From Blastocladiella emersonii ATCC 22665 (taxonomy: Eukaryota > Fungi > Blastocladiomycota): a stretch of 64,000 nucleotides of DNA. A program made the position numbers and the translations under genes. This document shows positions 1-11,370 of the stretch, piece by piece. The stretch's first letter is position 1; each line of letters opens with the position of its first letter. Location: contig JANHCV010000003.1 of NCBI GenBank assembly GCA_025594325.1, positions 124,001 to 188,000 on the forward strand, given 5' to 3'. The notes under the pieces are model-generated. The model searched no databases, had not been told where the DNA came from, and saw only the letters and a program-made list of their open reading frames with translations.

Positions 1-1
1 A

Positions 2-1048
2 CGCGGCGGCCGCATCGAGTACCTGATCAAGTGGGTCGGGTACCCCGAGTCGGCCAACTCGTGGGAGCCCCTCGAGAACCTCGAGAGCGCCCTGATTCTG
101 CACGAGTACTGGGTCGACCGCGCCGCCGAGCGCGAGGCTGAGACCGCGGATCTGCGCAAGCGCGTCGCGGCGCTTGAGCGCGACCTCGAGCGCGAGCGCG
201 CGGCCAGCGCTGCCGCCGCCGCCGAAGTGGCTGCTGCCGCGGCTGCGGCCTCGGCGGTGTCGGCGGCATCCGCGGCCGCGGTCAGTGATGCCGAGGAACA
301 GCCGCAGCAGCCTGACGCCGCCGCGCCCAAGCCGCGCAAGAAGAAGCTGACGATGAAGCAGAAGCAGGCGCAGCGCGCTGCTGCTGCTGCTGCTGCTGCC
401 GCCGCCGAGAGCGTCACAGTCGAGGACGATGGAGAGGACGTCGATGTCGCTGCTCCTCCCGTGCCCGCCGACACCACCACCACCGCGGCCCGCGTTCGCC
501 CCAGCGTCATCATCCCACCCGCGTCCGCGTCAACCTCGGCCTCAAGCACGCTGCAGCGCACCGAACTGCTGTCGACGCAGATCGCGGCCAAGGTCGGCCG
601 CCTGCCGCACCAGGACCAGATGCACCTCGCCGTCATCTCGGACGACGACTTCGCCGCGCTCGTCCAGCGCGACCGCGTCGCCGCGCTGTACAAGGAGATC
701 GTCGAGATGCGCGAGGATCCAGAGGCCGTCATGATCTTCTTCAAGGGCACTGACGGCCTCAAGCACGCGCTCACCATTGACGACGCCGTCGAGCGGTGCC
801 CCCGCGTCTTCGCCAAGCACCTCGCGGAGCTCGTCACGTTTGACGTGCCGGCCAAGGAAGACGAGGCCGGCGAGGAGGAGCCCACCAGCGGCGCCGAGGT
901 GGAAGAAGGGGAAGAGGAGGAAGCGACCCCACCACCACCCTCGCCGCCGAAACCCGCCAAGCACAGCCTCACGTCGGGCAAGCCCTCTTCGTCGCAGTCC
1001 GAGCCCGACGACGCGCCCGCGCGAAAGCGGCGCCGCAGCGAGGCCTGA
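2..1048 (+). CDS. HP1/Swi6-like chromodomain protein (5' end outside window), with a probable divergent chromoshadow domain
   Basis: Frame 2 from base 2 reads [27 protein letters not shown] (chromodomain) and continues in frame into ORF 227..1048. The later segment [39 protein letters not shown] resembles a chromoshadow fold. Confidence 0.75.
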   Translation, partial: RGGRIEYLIKWVGYPESANSWEPLENLESALILHEYWVDRAAEREAETADLRKRVAALERDLERERAASAAAAAEVAAAAAAASAVSAASAAAVSDAEEQPQQPDAAAPKPRKKKLTMKQKQAQRAAAAAAAAAAESVTVEDDGEDVDVAAPPVPADTTTTAARVRPSVIIPPASASTSASSTLQRTELLSTQIAAKVGRLPHQDQMHLAVISDDDFAALVQRDRVAALYKEIVEMREDPEAVMIFFKGTDGLKHALTIDDAVERCPRVFAKHLAELVTFDVPAKEDEAGEEEPTSGAEVEEGEEEEATPPPPSPPKPAKHSLTSGKPSSSQSEPDDAPARKRRRSEA

Positions 1049-1112
1049 GCCGTTATCATCGTCTCCAGCAGTTGAATGTATAGAGATATTTATTTGATCC
1101 AACCACCGATCA

Positions 1113-3170
1113 TCAAAGTCCCGTGTTGTCGCGCTCGCTGAGGATCTTGAGCCGGTTGTCAAAGAAGATCTCGAGCTTGTTGGCCGATTTGAAGTAGGGC
1201 GTGGCCGGGTCGTTGTACAGGCGGCAGTTGGCGAAGATCTTGCGCACGTCCGTGGCGAACTCGTCGACTGACTTGTACTTGTCGGCCTCGATGTGCGACT
1301 CGAGGGTCTTGAGGTCTACATTCACGCGGTGTGAGTGAGGCAGCGGCTTTGACGGAGTAGCAAATGGAACCGTGCCCATGGGGTCCTTGATGACCTCGTA
1401 GTAGTCCTTGACCTGGTTGCGGTCGACGGGCTCGAGGAACGGCCACGACGACGGGTGCCCGCGCAGCTCGTCGAGCAGCTGCGTGAACAGAATGTACAGC
1501 GGCGACTTGGCCTGCTTGGACCGCTCCTGCGACAGCTCGGGCGTCCATCCCGCCTCGGCTACACATGGCGAGTGTCAGCAGAAGTCGCGCACCATATCGA
1601 AAAAAAGCGTACCGATGCCCGGGATCGTCATGGGATCGATGGGCATACCGCCGTTGCGCTTGAAGGCCGTGACGCCCGGGTACACGATGTTGGCCTTGGA
1701 CACGGCAAAGATTTTGCGGTAGAGGGCCTCCTTCTGCAGGGCGAGGGTCTGGTAGACGTCGAGGTACTTGACTCTCGGGACCATGGTGCACTGCATGATG
1801 GTGCCGCCCTCGTAGTCCTTGATGTAGCCCATCCAGATGGCCTTGTCGAGGGTGATATCGGTGGTGAACCCCTGCTTGCGGAAGTAGCCGATGGCGTAGT
1901 TGTCGGCGTAGGTGAGGAAGTAGCGCAGGTCGCCCGTGGCGCGCACGCTGTCCTTGAGGTGGTTCATGAGGTGCGACCCGTACCCCTTGACCTGCTCGGT
2001 GCCCGTGATGGCGCAGAAGACGATCTCGGCGAATTTCCGCTCGAAAAACGGCTTGTAGCAGATCCCGCCCAGCACCGTCAGCGGGTCCGTCTTGACCAGG
2101 CACATGGAGATGTGGCTCTTGTCGTAGACGAGCTTGCCGACGTACTCGCGCGGCATCTTGGGCAGCTGCCGCTGGAAAATGTTCATGAGCCCCGTCAGCA
2201 GGATCGTGCTGTCGCGCGACCCGTCGTTGCGCACCACGCGGAAATCGATGATCCCGTCGCGCTCCTCCTGCATCGCCGGCGACAGCGCCTTGGCGCACGG
2301 CCGGATCAGCTCGGCGATCGGGATCTCGGCCGGCTCGTCGAGACCCAGGAACCGCGGCGACGACATGGACAGCGCCGTCAGCGGGGCCAGGCTCGTCGAC
2401 AGGCCCATGATGGGCGCCGCCGGGTTGAGGCCGGTTGTTGAGGTGGCGGGAGCCGGTGCCGCGGCGGTGGAAGTGGGCGACGCGAAGAGTGGGGGCGGTG
2501 GTGGCAGAGCGTGGAGGGCGGGCACGCTCAGCGGGGACCGCGCGCGGGGCGACCGCGCCGCCGCCGCGGCCGCAGCGTCGCCCGTCGGCCGCGGCGAGAT
2601 GGCGGACCGCGGACTCTTTTGTGCGACGTGCGGGCTCAAGGGCGCGGTGCGCGGGCTCTTCTGCGACACGCGCGGGCTCCGCGGCAGCGGCGGGAGCGGG
2701 CGCGAGGGCGATTGCGGGAGCGGCGGCAGCGACTGCTGTTTGCTCGGGGACGCCGGCGGGGGCGAGCCAACTGGCCGCGATCGCGGCGAGGCGGGGAGCG
2801 CGGGCGATGCGGGTTTCGCGAACGCCGACCGCGCGGGTGTCGGCGAGGTGGCCTTTGGCGGTGGTGGTGGCGGTGCGGACCGAGGCGACGAGGCGAGCGG
2901 CGACCAGGCGCGCGGCGACCGCGATGGCGAAGCGCCTGTCATGAGCGGCGGAAGCCCCGCCCTCGCGTGTGGCGAATTTGCGGAAGAAGGCGCATTGGGC
3001 GCGCTGTCGGAGCGCTGGCGCTTGGCCTGCGGCGAGAGCGAGTGCGGGTGCGGGTGCGCGGTAGCGGTAGCGGCGGCGAGCGACGACGATGGGCCGCGGT
3101 CGTCCGAGGCGCGCCGTTTAAGCGAGTTGGTGGGCGCCGGCGCCGCGGACGCGGGGGTATTGTGGTTCAT
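1113..3170 (-). CDS. GCN5: Histone acetyltransferase GCN5 (GNAT domain + bromodomain), 3 exons, long Pro/Ser-rich N-terminus
   Basis: Motifs [58 protein letters not shown]; bromodomain [26 protein letters not shown]. Exons 3170-1613, 1558-1376, 1315-1113. Confidence 0.97.
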
Positions 3171-3409
3171 GGCAGTGTGGAGTGTCGGTGCGGGTGCACC
3201 CAGTGCGGCGGGGAGAGAGCATCGATGGGAGAGGGGGGAGCGGAACCGACCGACCGAAGCGACCGCGACGGCAGCGGAAGCGGGTCCCACGTGAGCCGGC
3301 CGCCACGCTGGCCGATGGGCGCGCGACTCTTCTCGCCTTCTCGAGGCCGCCGCCCACCGCACGCCCTCCCTCCCCTTTGCCCTCGACCCGCCTGCACCCA
3401 CACCACACC

Positions 3410-4660
3410 ATGAAGTCCTCGAACGCGCACACGCTCGCCGTCCTGCTGGCCGCGCTGCTGGTCGCCGTGACCGCCAACGTGGTCGACCTGACGCCCGCCA
3501 ACTTCGACTCGGTCATCGACGGGTCGCGCCACGCGCTCGTCGAGTTCTACGCCCCGTGGTGCGGCCACTGCAAGTCGCTGGCCCCCGTCTACGAGGAGCT
3601 CGCCGCCACCTTCAAGCACGCCTCGAGCAACCTCGTCATCGCCAAGGTCGACGCCAACGAGCACACGTCGCTCGGCGAGCGCTTCAACGTCCAGGGCTTC
3701 CCGACCCTCAAGTGGTTCCCCAAGGGCAGCACCGACCCCTCAGAGTACAACGGCGGCCGCACCCTCGACGACCTCGCCGCCTTCGTCGAGGCCAAGACGT
3801 CGATCCGCTCCAAGCTCGTCAAGGTCCCCTCGGCCGTCACCGTCCTCACCACCGACTCGTTCGACGCCGTCGCCATGGACCCCACCAAGAACGTGCTCGT
3901 CGAGTTTTACGCCCCCTGGTGCGGCCACTGCAAGTGTGCGTATCCGGCTCTCGCTGTGCTCGACCTGACCCACTGCTAACGTGTTGCCCCGACTCCCATT
4001 GACCTGCAACAGCCCTCGCTCCTGTACGCGGCGCCCACCGCTACCACCCGTTCTTGACCGCCCCCTAACCTACAACCCCCCGAATAGACCTACGAGAAGC
4101 TCGCCAAGACCTTCTCCACCGAGGACTCGGTCGTCATCGCCAACCTCGACGCCACGGCCCACCCGGACATTGCCCAGCGCTTCGGCGTCCAGGGCTACCC
4201 GACCATCAAGTTCTTCCCCGCCGTCAAGTCCAAGCAGCCGCTCGACTACGAGGGCGGCCGCTCCGAGGCCGACTTCGTCGACTTCATCAACGAGCAGACC
4301 GGCACCAAGCGCACCCCGGGCGGCAACCTCGACGAGTCGGCCGGCGTCCTGCTCGAGCTGACCGAGTCCGTCAACGCCTTTGTCGCCGCGTCCGACCGCG
4401 CCGCCGAGCTCGCCAAGGCCAAGAAGGCCGCCGCCGCCATCAACGACAAGGCCGCGCCCCTCTACGTCAAGATCATGGAGCGCATCGTCAAGGCCGGCGA
4501 CGCCTACGTCGCCAAGGAGTCGGCCCGCCTCCAGAAGCTCCTCAACGACGACACGGTGCTCCAGGCCAAGAAGGACCTCTTCGTCACCCGCTCCAACATC
4601 CTGCGCGTCTTCGCCGAGGCCCTCGCCCGCGACGCCGGCGCCACCAAGCAGGAGCTGTGA
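3410..4660 (+). CDS. tigA: Protein disulfide isomerase, ERp38/TigA type (2 thioredoxin domains + ERp29-like C-terminus), ER-retention-like KQEL
   Basis: Signal peptide, two APWCGHCK motifs, C-terminal KQEL. Exons 3410-3935, 4013-4023 (11 nt), 4088-4660. Confidence 0.92.
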
Positions 4661-5155
4661 GGAAGCAGGCGAGCGCCGCGAGTGCCGCCGCGCATGCTAA
4701 ATCGGCACGCGGGCAATTCCACCCGAACGCGTCGCACGCGACGCGCCCCCCCACACATCCCCATCCCGCGACGCGGGCAATCCAATAAACCCGGTTGGTT
4801 CATCGGCCGCGCTTCAAAAGCGGGGTGCGTGTCGCCACCGTTAATTAGTTGTCAAACCGGAGGCTTGGCTTGCACGCCACGGCTGCATCACCACCCTTCC
4901 GCCAGGGACCCGCCTTCGCCGCCCCGCTTCCCACTTGCGCCCCGCTGCGCACTTCTCCTTCTTGGCCAAAAGCAAACTACATCTCCATAGGAAGCCATAG
5001 ACACACGGCGCGAGTCGTACTAGAAGGGATTGGCTCCCCGGAACCCATCGACACTGTCCATTCTCGCCGCCAACCCAACCACCACGACGACGGCGGCGAC
5101 CGCGCATGCCTTGATGGTCATTCGCTCGCCCACACCACCACCATCCGCGGCGTCT

Positions 5156-7646
5156 ATGGCGACGGGGCGGAGCGCTGGCAATGCACTCGCCTCCGAATCC
5201 GCGGCGCCATCATGGCCTGCATCACCATCCCCGTCGAGTGCGAGCCGCCCGTCCTCGTCTTTGCCTTCGCGGCCAAGGCCGCATCGGCGTAGCCATCGGC
5301 GTAGCCATCGCCCATCTTCATCTCCGGCCGTGTCATCGCTCGTGACCGCCGCCGTGTTCATCGCGACGCTGGCGGTTGCGGTGGCTCAGCTCCCGCTCGC
5401 GGCGGCGCAATCTTCGTCCGCGAACAACAGCACCGCGGGCGGGGGATCTTCGTCTGCGGCGCCGCCATCCGGCTGCTTCCCGCTGTCGGACTCAGCGTTC
5501 TGCCCAATGTTCCGGGGCGCGTCGCTGCAGCCCATGGCGACAAAGACGTCGCTGCTGTTCAACTCGGCGTCGTCGTTCGACGCGTACATGGTCAACTCGA
5601 TCTCGACGACGCCGTTCAAGCTGCAGATCTACGACAACTTCCAGTGCTCGGTCGCGCAGTCGGCGCTCAACACGACCCGCACCAACATCCAGTTCTTCAT
5701 CAGCTTCCAGTGCGCCATGACCGCGTCGCAGTCGCAGGCGTGCTGGGACCCGAAGGCCGTGCCCGCCGCGCAGGCCGGGAAACCGCAGCCGGCGGGCACG
5801 CCCGCGTGGCAGCTGTGCCGCTCGTCGTGCGACGCGTACGTCAACTCGCTCGAGACGCTCCTCGCCAAGGACGCGGCCGCGTGCGCTGGACCGTCGCAGA
5901 ACGACGTCAAGGCGCGCATCAAGGACCTCCGCACCCTGTGCGCGACCAACGTGCACTTCAACGCCACGTCCAACTGTATCGACGCGGCGCAGAACGAGCG
6001 CGCGACGTGTGGTACGCTCGTCACTTGCTAGACCCATCACGGCTGGAATCAGACGACTCACTTCCTCGCGTGTAGGTCGCGCCCCGCTCGACGAGATCTG
6101 CACCAGCTGCTCGTCCTTTTCAACGACGTCGACATGCAAGAACATCTTGCCGGGCCTTGCGCGCGGCGGCGAGAATGGGACCCCGGGTACCACCTCGGGC
6201 ACCGCGTCCGACTCGTCGTCAGTCCTCGTCCCCGTGCTCATCGGGACCGCCGCGGGCGGCGTCGCGATGCTCGTGTGCGGGTTCATGGGCCTGTTCCTGT
6301 ACCGCCGGAAACAGCAGCAGAAGCGGGACCTCATCGCCAGCAACTCGCGGTACCCGCCCGTCACCGGCGACGGCGGGTCCAGCACCGTGTCCATCTCCAA
6401 CAGCCACATGATGATGCCGGCGCGCCCGCGCACCCCGCCGCAGGCACCCCCGCGCGTCCCGCACTGGGACCCGGGCATGCAGGCCGTCGCGAGCCCCGTC
6501 GCGTCCTCGTTCCCGCACAGCAACGGCGGTGCGCTGCGCGAGTTCGGCGGCCCGCCGTCGGCCGTCAGCGCGGCGCCCTCGGCGAGCGTGACCATCACGA
6601 GCCCGCGCCCGCGCGGCGAGAGCTTCGGCGCTGCGGCGGCGGCGATGCGCAACACGGCGCACCTCCCGCTGCCCGCGCCCGTCGCCGCAACAGCTGGCGG
6701 CACGTCGCCGTCGTCGTGGACGTCCAGCAGCCTCAAGCACATTGCGTCGCCGCACCGCCCTGACAACATGCTGTACACGGCCATCGTGCCCGCCAACGAG
6801 TACGGGATGCCCAAGGACGCGATCCACATGGCGCCCATGGGCCGGAGCAACTCGCTTCCGCTCGCGGTCCCGCCGCCCGCTGTGACGACGACGGCGACGG
6901 GGTCGCGGTTGCCGTACTCGAGCCAGCAGCAGCGGAGCCGGACCAGCGGGCCCATGATGCGCTACGCCATGCCGCTCGATGTCGGCGAGGACGACGAGGC
7001 GCCGACCGGTCCCCCGCCGGGCCTCCCCGCGCTCGCCGCCGAACCCGACCTCCGCGTCGACAAGTTCATTCTCCCGTCGACCATCTCGTCCCGCGGCAAG
7101 CGCAACAACGCGCTCGGCGCGGGCATCTCGGGCAACCCGCTGTACGAGCTGCCGTCGACACTCTCTTCGCGCGGCCGCGAAAACGCGGCGGCGGGGAACC
7201 GCATGACGTACGCGACCGCGACGGAGCTCGACCACGCTGTCCCGCGGCGCCTGTCCTCGGCGCTCGGCAACGGGATCGGGATCGGCCTGGGCGCGGGGCT
7301 CGGCAACCACGCGCTGCTCAACGGCAACTCGGCAACGTCCGGGCTCCGGCCGTCGCCCGTCCACCCGGCGCCGTCGCAGTCGTACTACGTCGTGATCCGC
7401 GCGTACGCGGCCGCGTCGCGCGACGAAATGTCGATCGCCGCTGGAGACATGGTCCTCGTGCAGTCCCTGTACAGCGACGGGTGGGCGTACGGCATGAACA
7501 CAACCCAGGAGCGCAGCGGGATGTTTCCGCTCATCTGTACCGTGCCGGTCGCGACCGAGACGGTGGGTGGAGGTGGGGCTGAGCATGGCGGCGTGCCGCC
7601 GCTTCCAAGGCCGGCGCGCGGAGGTGGCGGCGGCGGAAGGATGTAG
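5156..7646 (+). CDS. Single-pass membrane protein: signal/anchor, Cys-rich (Frizzled-CRD-like) ectodomain, TM helix, low-complexity tail, C-terminal SH3
   Basis: Joins ORF 5030..6031 to ORF 6009..7646 through intron 6012-6075. TM VLIGTAAGGVAMLVCGFMGLFLY followed by RRK; SH3 YVVIRAYAAASRDEMSIAAGDMVLVQSLYSDGWAYG..GMFPLIC. Confidence 0.85.
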
Positions 7647-8129
7647 AGATGAGGAAGTAGAGAGCGATGGCGTACACTTTAATAGATACCATGATCACTG
7701 TATGTTCTGGCTGAGGTGGGAATCGGCCAACATCGCTGTTGTGGGCAAGCTCGAGCCCGTGTCGCAGAGTTCAGGGCTCGAGGAACCAGCGTACGAATCC
7801 GCATCAATTCGGTTCCGCGCGCAAACAGACGTCCAAGTCGGTTCCACGCACTGACTCGAACTTTAAACGAATGCGTCACCAAGGACGCGTTTGAGAAGCA
7901 CGTGTGTGGCGCGACGCGTCCACCGGGGTTAGTGACCACAGCACCGAGCGGCAGTGCAATAAAACCATTCGCTAGTCGGGTTGTACGTTGATTCGGACTA
8001 AATCACTTCATGTGCAGGTTGACGACCTCGCCTGGAAGCGAAAACGGTGGTTCACATCAGTGACACAGGCCTTGTCAAACTTGCGATGTGGCTCCAGGGC
8101 AAGTTCATAGCGCGTCTGGTATCCCTTAA

Positions 8130-8724
8130 TCAACGAAAAAGATGGTATATATGGTGATTGAATGCGCGAAGAAACATATCAAGTTGGTGACACCATGGCA
8201 GGTCCTGCTTGGGCGGGTCCCAGGTTGAGGCAGCGCCGCCTGCATAGGAAGAGGAGCTGCTATCCGCAACCTGGCCCGGCAGGCTTCCAGCATTGAGACG
8301 TGAGCATTTGGCTTTGCAACTGGCTTCCAAGTCGTCCAGCGCAGCCATGACCGCCTTGTACCGCATTTCGTTCTCGAGACGCGCTGCCGCCGACGCATCC
8401 AGCTTGGCCAACGTAAGCTGTGAAGACGGCCGTAGGACCGTCGCCCTTCTTCAGGTGTCGACTGACGTGCTCGGCGAGCGTCCGGGTCAGCGTGGTGAGG
8501 CGGTGCAGGTCTCCGAGCTTTACGCCCACGATGTAGTCGGATTGAACGACTACTTTATCCTTGCTCGGTGATGTGCGAACTGCACGCAACGGGCGAGCCG
8601 AGTCGTGCGGTTTGACGACAGGAGACGGCCCGGAAGTGACCGTGGTCGCGGCGCTTGGCGGTGCGTTAGCAGTTGTGTCGGGCGTCGGAGACGTGTTGGA
8701 AGATTCAAGTCCTGTAGATGCCAT
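8130..8724 (-). CDS. Small hypothetical protein, 2 exons
   Basis: ATG at 8724; a 49-nt GTCAGT..CAG intron (8466-8418) joins ORF 8260..8724 in frame to ORF 8130..8411 (AEH-LTLAKLDASAAARLENEMRY). Confidence 0.4.
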
Positions 8725-8840
8725 TGGGTGAGAGTATGCTAGAGTGTGTTCGGCGTCGAGGAGCAGAGCGGAAGTGTCAGCGCGGGTGAGTGCTTTGTGA
8801 GCCCAGTGGCAGTCGCAGTGAAAAAGGTTTGACTATATCA

Positions 8841-9032
8841 CTTAGGGGCGGTCACTAAGTCTCGGCGCTAAGGGTCGCAAAGTGGCTTAGGGCGGCCAAA
8901 GGGTCGCTAAGGGTCGCTAAGGGAGGGGAGACTTTGCGCGGCGGGACAAAGGTACTTTGAGCGGCGAGCGGACTTTGGGGCATCGCAAAGTGGCTTAGCG
9001 TGCCCGCGACAAGGTCGCTTAGTCCCACTTTG
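8841..9032. repeat. Dense cluster of 16 CWAAG/CTTWG pentamers in both orientations
   Basis: Copies at 8841, 8855, 8868, 8878, 8886, 8897, 8907, 8917, 8932, 8947, 8955, 8973, 8986, 8994, 9018, 9028; includes repeats of GGGTCGCTAA and CGCAAAGTGGCTTAG. Confidence 0.8.
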
Positions 9033-9125
9033 CTGAGGGCCGGCAGCGGTCGCGGCCACTCGGTCCCGTTGTGCTGCTCAGAGTCCGTTGAGCGTGGTGT
9101 AGAAACCGTCTTGTACTACGATCCA

Positions 9126-10286
9126 TCAATCGATCGTCTCAATCATCACATCACCATTACCACCGTCGTCGCTCTCCTCCTCGCCACGGTTACCGCGACC
9201 GTGGCCGCCGCTGCGGCCCGTTGTGCCGGCCCCACGCTCGTCGAGCGGCTCCATGTTTGGGTCGCCTGCGCCGGCCGTGTCGAGCTCGCCGTGCTGCGGG
9301 ATCGGGACAAGCGACACGATCCAGACAATCTCGTTCGGAGAGGGTACCCTGTTGGCCGCCGGCGGTGGCCGCTGCTCGTCAGGGCACACGCACACGCGGT
9401 CGCGAAGAGCGCGGACCGGTACGACGATCGGCTGCGCGATGGGGACGTAGCACGCGCGGCCGAGGCCTGCCGTCTCCGCTCGCGCCCTGTCCTGCGCGCT
9501 GAGCCGGCGGTGGTTCACCGGGTACACGGCGATCGGCCACAGCGCAGCGAACACGACGCCGCCGAGCTCGAAAAAGTTGGAGATGTAGCCAAAAATTGAC
9601 GACATGGCCGGGTCCGCGCCCGCGTTAGGCACCACGAAGCGCGCGGAGCTCGGCAGCGCGGGGAACGCGCCGGGAACTGCAAACACCGCGTTGGCCACCG
9701 TCATCGGGATCACGACGCGGACGACGGCGTCCTTGCTGCACTGCAGTGGAACGCCGGACCGCGTCGCCGAGTGGAACACGGACGCGGCGGTCGCGGAAGG
9801 GCTGCGGTTGAGCACCATGCCGTCGAGTCGCAGCATGCGGATGAACCACGAGTACCCAGCCGAGGAGGTCGTAGCGGCCGATCCATCGGGCTCGCGGAGC
9901 ACCGCGCGCGCAAACGCCTTGAACGCCGTGGCGAGGTGGTCGGGGAGCAGGCGCGCGCGCGTGCTCCGGTGCTCGACGAGAGCGTCGCCCGAGTCGGACA
10001 CCCGTTGACCGGGCAGCAGAGTAGCGATGCGCGGCTTGGCGGTCACGGCGGCGCGGATCGTCTGGTCGAGCCGCTGCATGCGGCCGAAGCTTGACGGCTT
10101 CCAGATCCGGCATGTCGCGGCCGCCCGGCAGGCAAAATTTGATACCGCACACGGGCCACGGAGCGCCCTCGACGGATCCTCGGAGTAGAGGATCGTGACG
10201 CAGAGCTTGACTTTATTCGCGTCCTCAACCGTGTACGGCGTCCAGCAGGCGCAGCACTGCGGCAGCTTGCCGATGCATACGCTCAT
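9126..10286 (-). CDS. Hypothetical intronless protein (about 386 aa), Cys-rich N-terminus
   Basis: Open frame from ATG 10286 (MSVCIGKLPQCCACW...) to the stop at 9126, with protein-like composition; no recognisable domain. Confidence 0.5.
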   Translation of the reverse strand: MSVCIGKLPQCCACWTPYTVEDANKVKLCVTILYSEDPSRALRGPCAVSNFACRAAATCRIWKPSSFGRMQRLDQTIRAAVTAKPRIATLLPGQRVSDSGDALVEHRSTRARLLPDHLATAFKAFARAVLREPDGSAATTSSAGYSWFIRMLRLDGMVLNRSPSATAASVFHSATRSGVPLQCSKDAVVRVVIPMTVANAVFAVPGAFPALPSSARFVVPNAGADPAMSSIFGYISNFFELGGVVFAALWPIAVYPVNHRRLSAQDRARAETAGLGRACYVPIAQPIVVPVRALRDRVCVCPDEQRPPPAANRVPSPNEIVWIVSLVPIPQHGELDTAGAGDPNMEPLDERGAGTTGRSGGHGRGNRGEEESDDGGNGDVMIETID

Positions 10287-10743
10287 GGCCGCGCGACGGC
10301 GGAAGAATGGGCGACGGTCGCGCGTCGGAAGGCGGAGCGCGGCGAGTTCCGGAGGGCCGCTGGCATCGTCGCGGGTCAAACGGAGCCCTGCGCTTCCCGA
10401 TGCCCTGGGCGTTGTTCATGGTGTCGATTCATAGTTTGCAGCAAGTGGTGGCGCATTCGGTCGACAAGTGTGTCGGCGGCTGGGGCTCGGTGGGGAAAAG
10501 CGGCTGGCCGGTGAGGTGAGCGGCGCGTCGCGTTTCGGGGCCGCGCCAACGCAAAGTCCCGGCGGACTCTGCCGTTTTCACCGCGCCCTCGGCTACCCGC
10601 GGGCTCTCGCTCCCCCTTCGCGACTACGGAAACCATGAAGCCACGTATTTGAGCTCTCCCAATTCTTGCAACGCACGCAGCACACGCACCGGCGACTGGA
10701 CCAACCACGGCCGAACAGGCCTTCGTGGACTTTACACAGCGTC

Positions 10744-11370
10744 ATGCGCGACGAGCTACCGCCTCTCGTCGCGGCTTCCGTCGCCGAATCGGTCGACGAC
10801 GCGGTTGCACCACTCGGAGAGCAGGCTCACGGGCGGGTCCGACCATGTCGCCGCCGCGGGCGCCCAGGCGCTCGAGCTCACTCAACTCGAAGCGGAAGAG
10901 CTCAAGTCCTTCCCCTCGCGCGTCCTGACCCGCGTCGTGGAGCGCACCGGCGCCGATGCAGACGAGCAGCGCAAGCAGACGCTTAAGACCAAAAGGTGGA
11001 GCGCCGTGCCAAGAAGTACTTGTACGCGGCGCATCGCGAGGCCGAGAGCGCCAAGTCGCGGGGATCGCACCACGGTCCCGCGTTCGTGACGCGCATCAAG
11101 GTGAGCGCCAAAGGTCTGCTGCACATGATTGAGGGCGGCGGCGGCATGATGCACCGGGTCGGTGGCGGCCACACCATCCCCACGACGCGGCTGCCCAAGG
11201 CGACCCTCGCGCACCTCGCCAAGGTTCTCGAGACCAAGGATTACATTTCGGCCGATCTTGCGCCCAACATACAGGTTCCCGACACGGTGGGCACGTCGGA
11301 CCGGGCGCAGGAGCGCATCCGCGAGCTCGCCGAGTTCCACCAAGGCGACCCGCTCGACGCCTTCTTCTAC
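10744..11370 (+). pseudogene. Probable decayed gene with two compensating frameshifts
   Basis: Protein-like blocks alternate frames: MRDELPPLV..(frame 1), ALELTQLEAEELKSF..KTK (frame 2), VERRAKKYLY..PLDAFFY (frame 1). Protein-like character ends at the inverted repeat at 11370. Confidence 0.35.

Noticed and set aside
2134-3294. Long ORFs antisense or out of frame to real genes (e.g. 2134..3294, 5492..6955, 29710..30747, 34486..35871, 42055..43566, 44942..46852, 47314..48585, 54027..55964)
   Set aside because: Shadow ORFs expected from very high GC3 codon usage; Arg/Gly/Ala-rich with no motifs, and they overlap well-supported genes.
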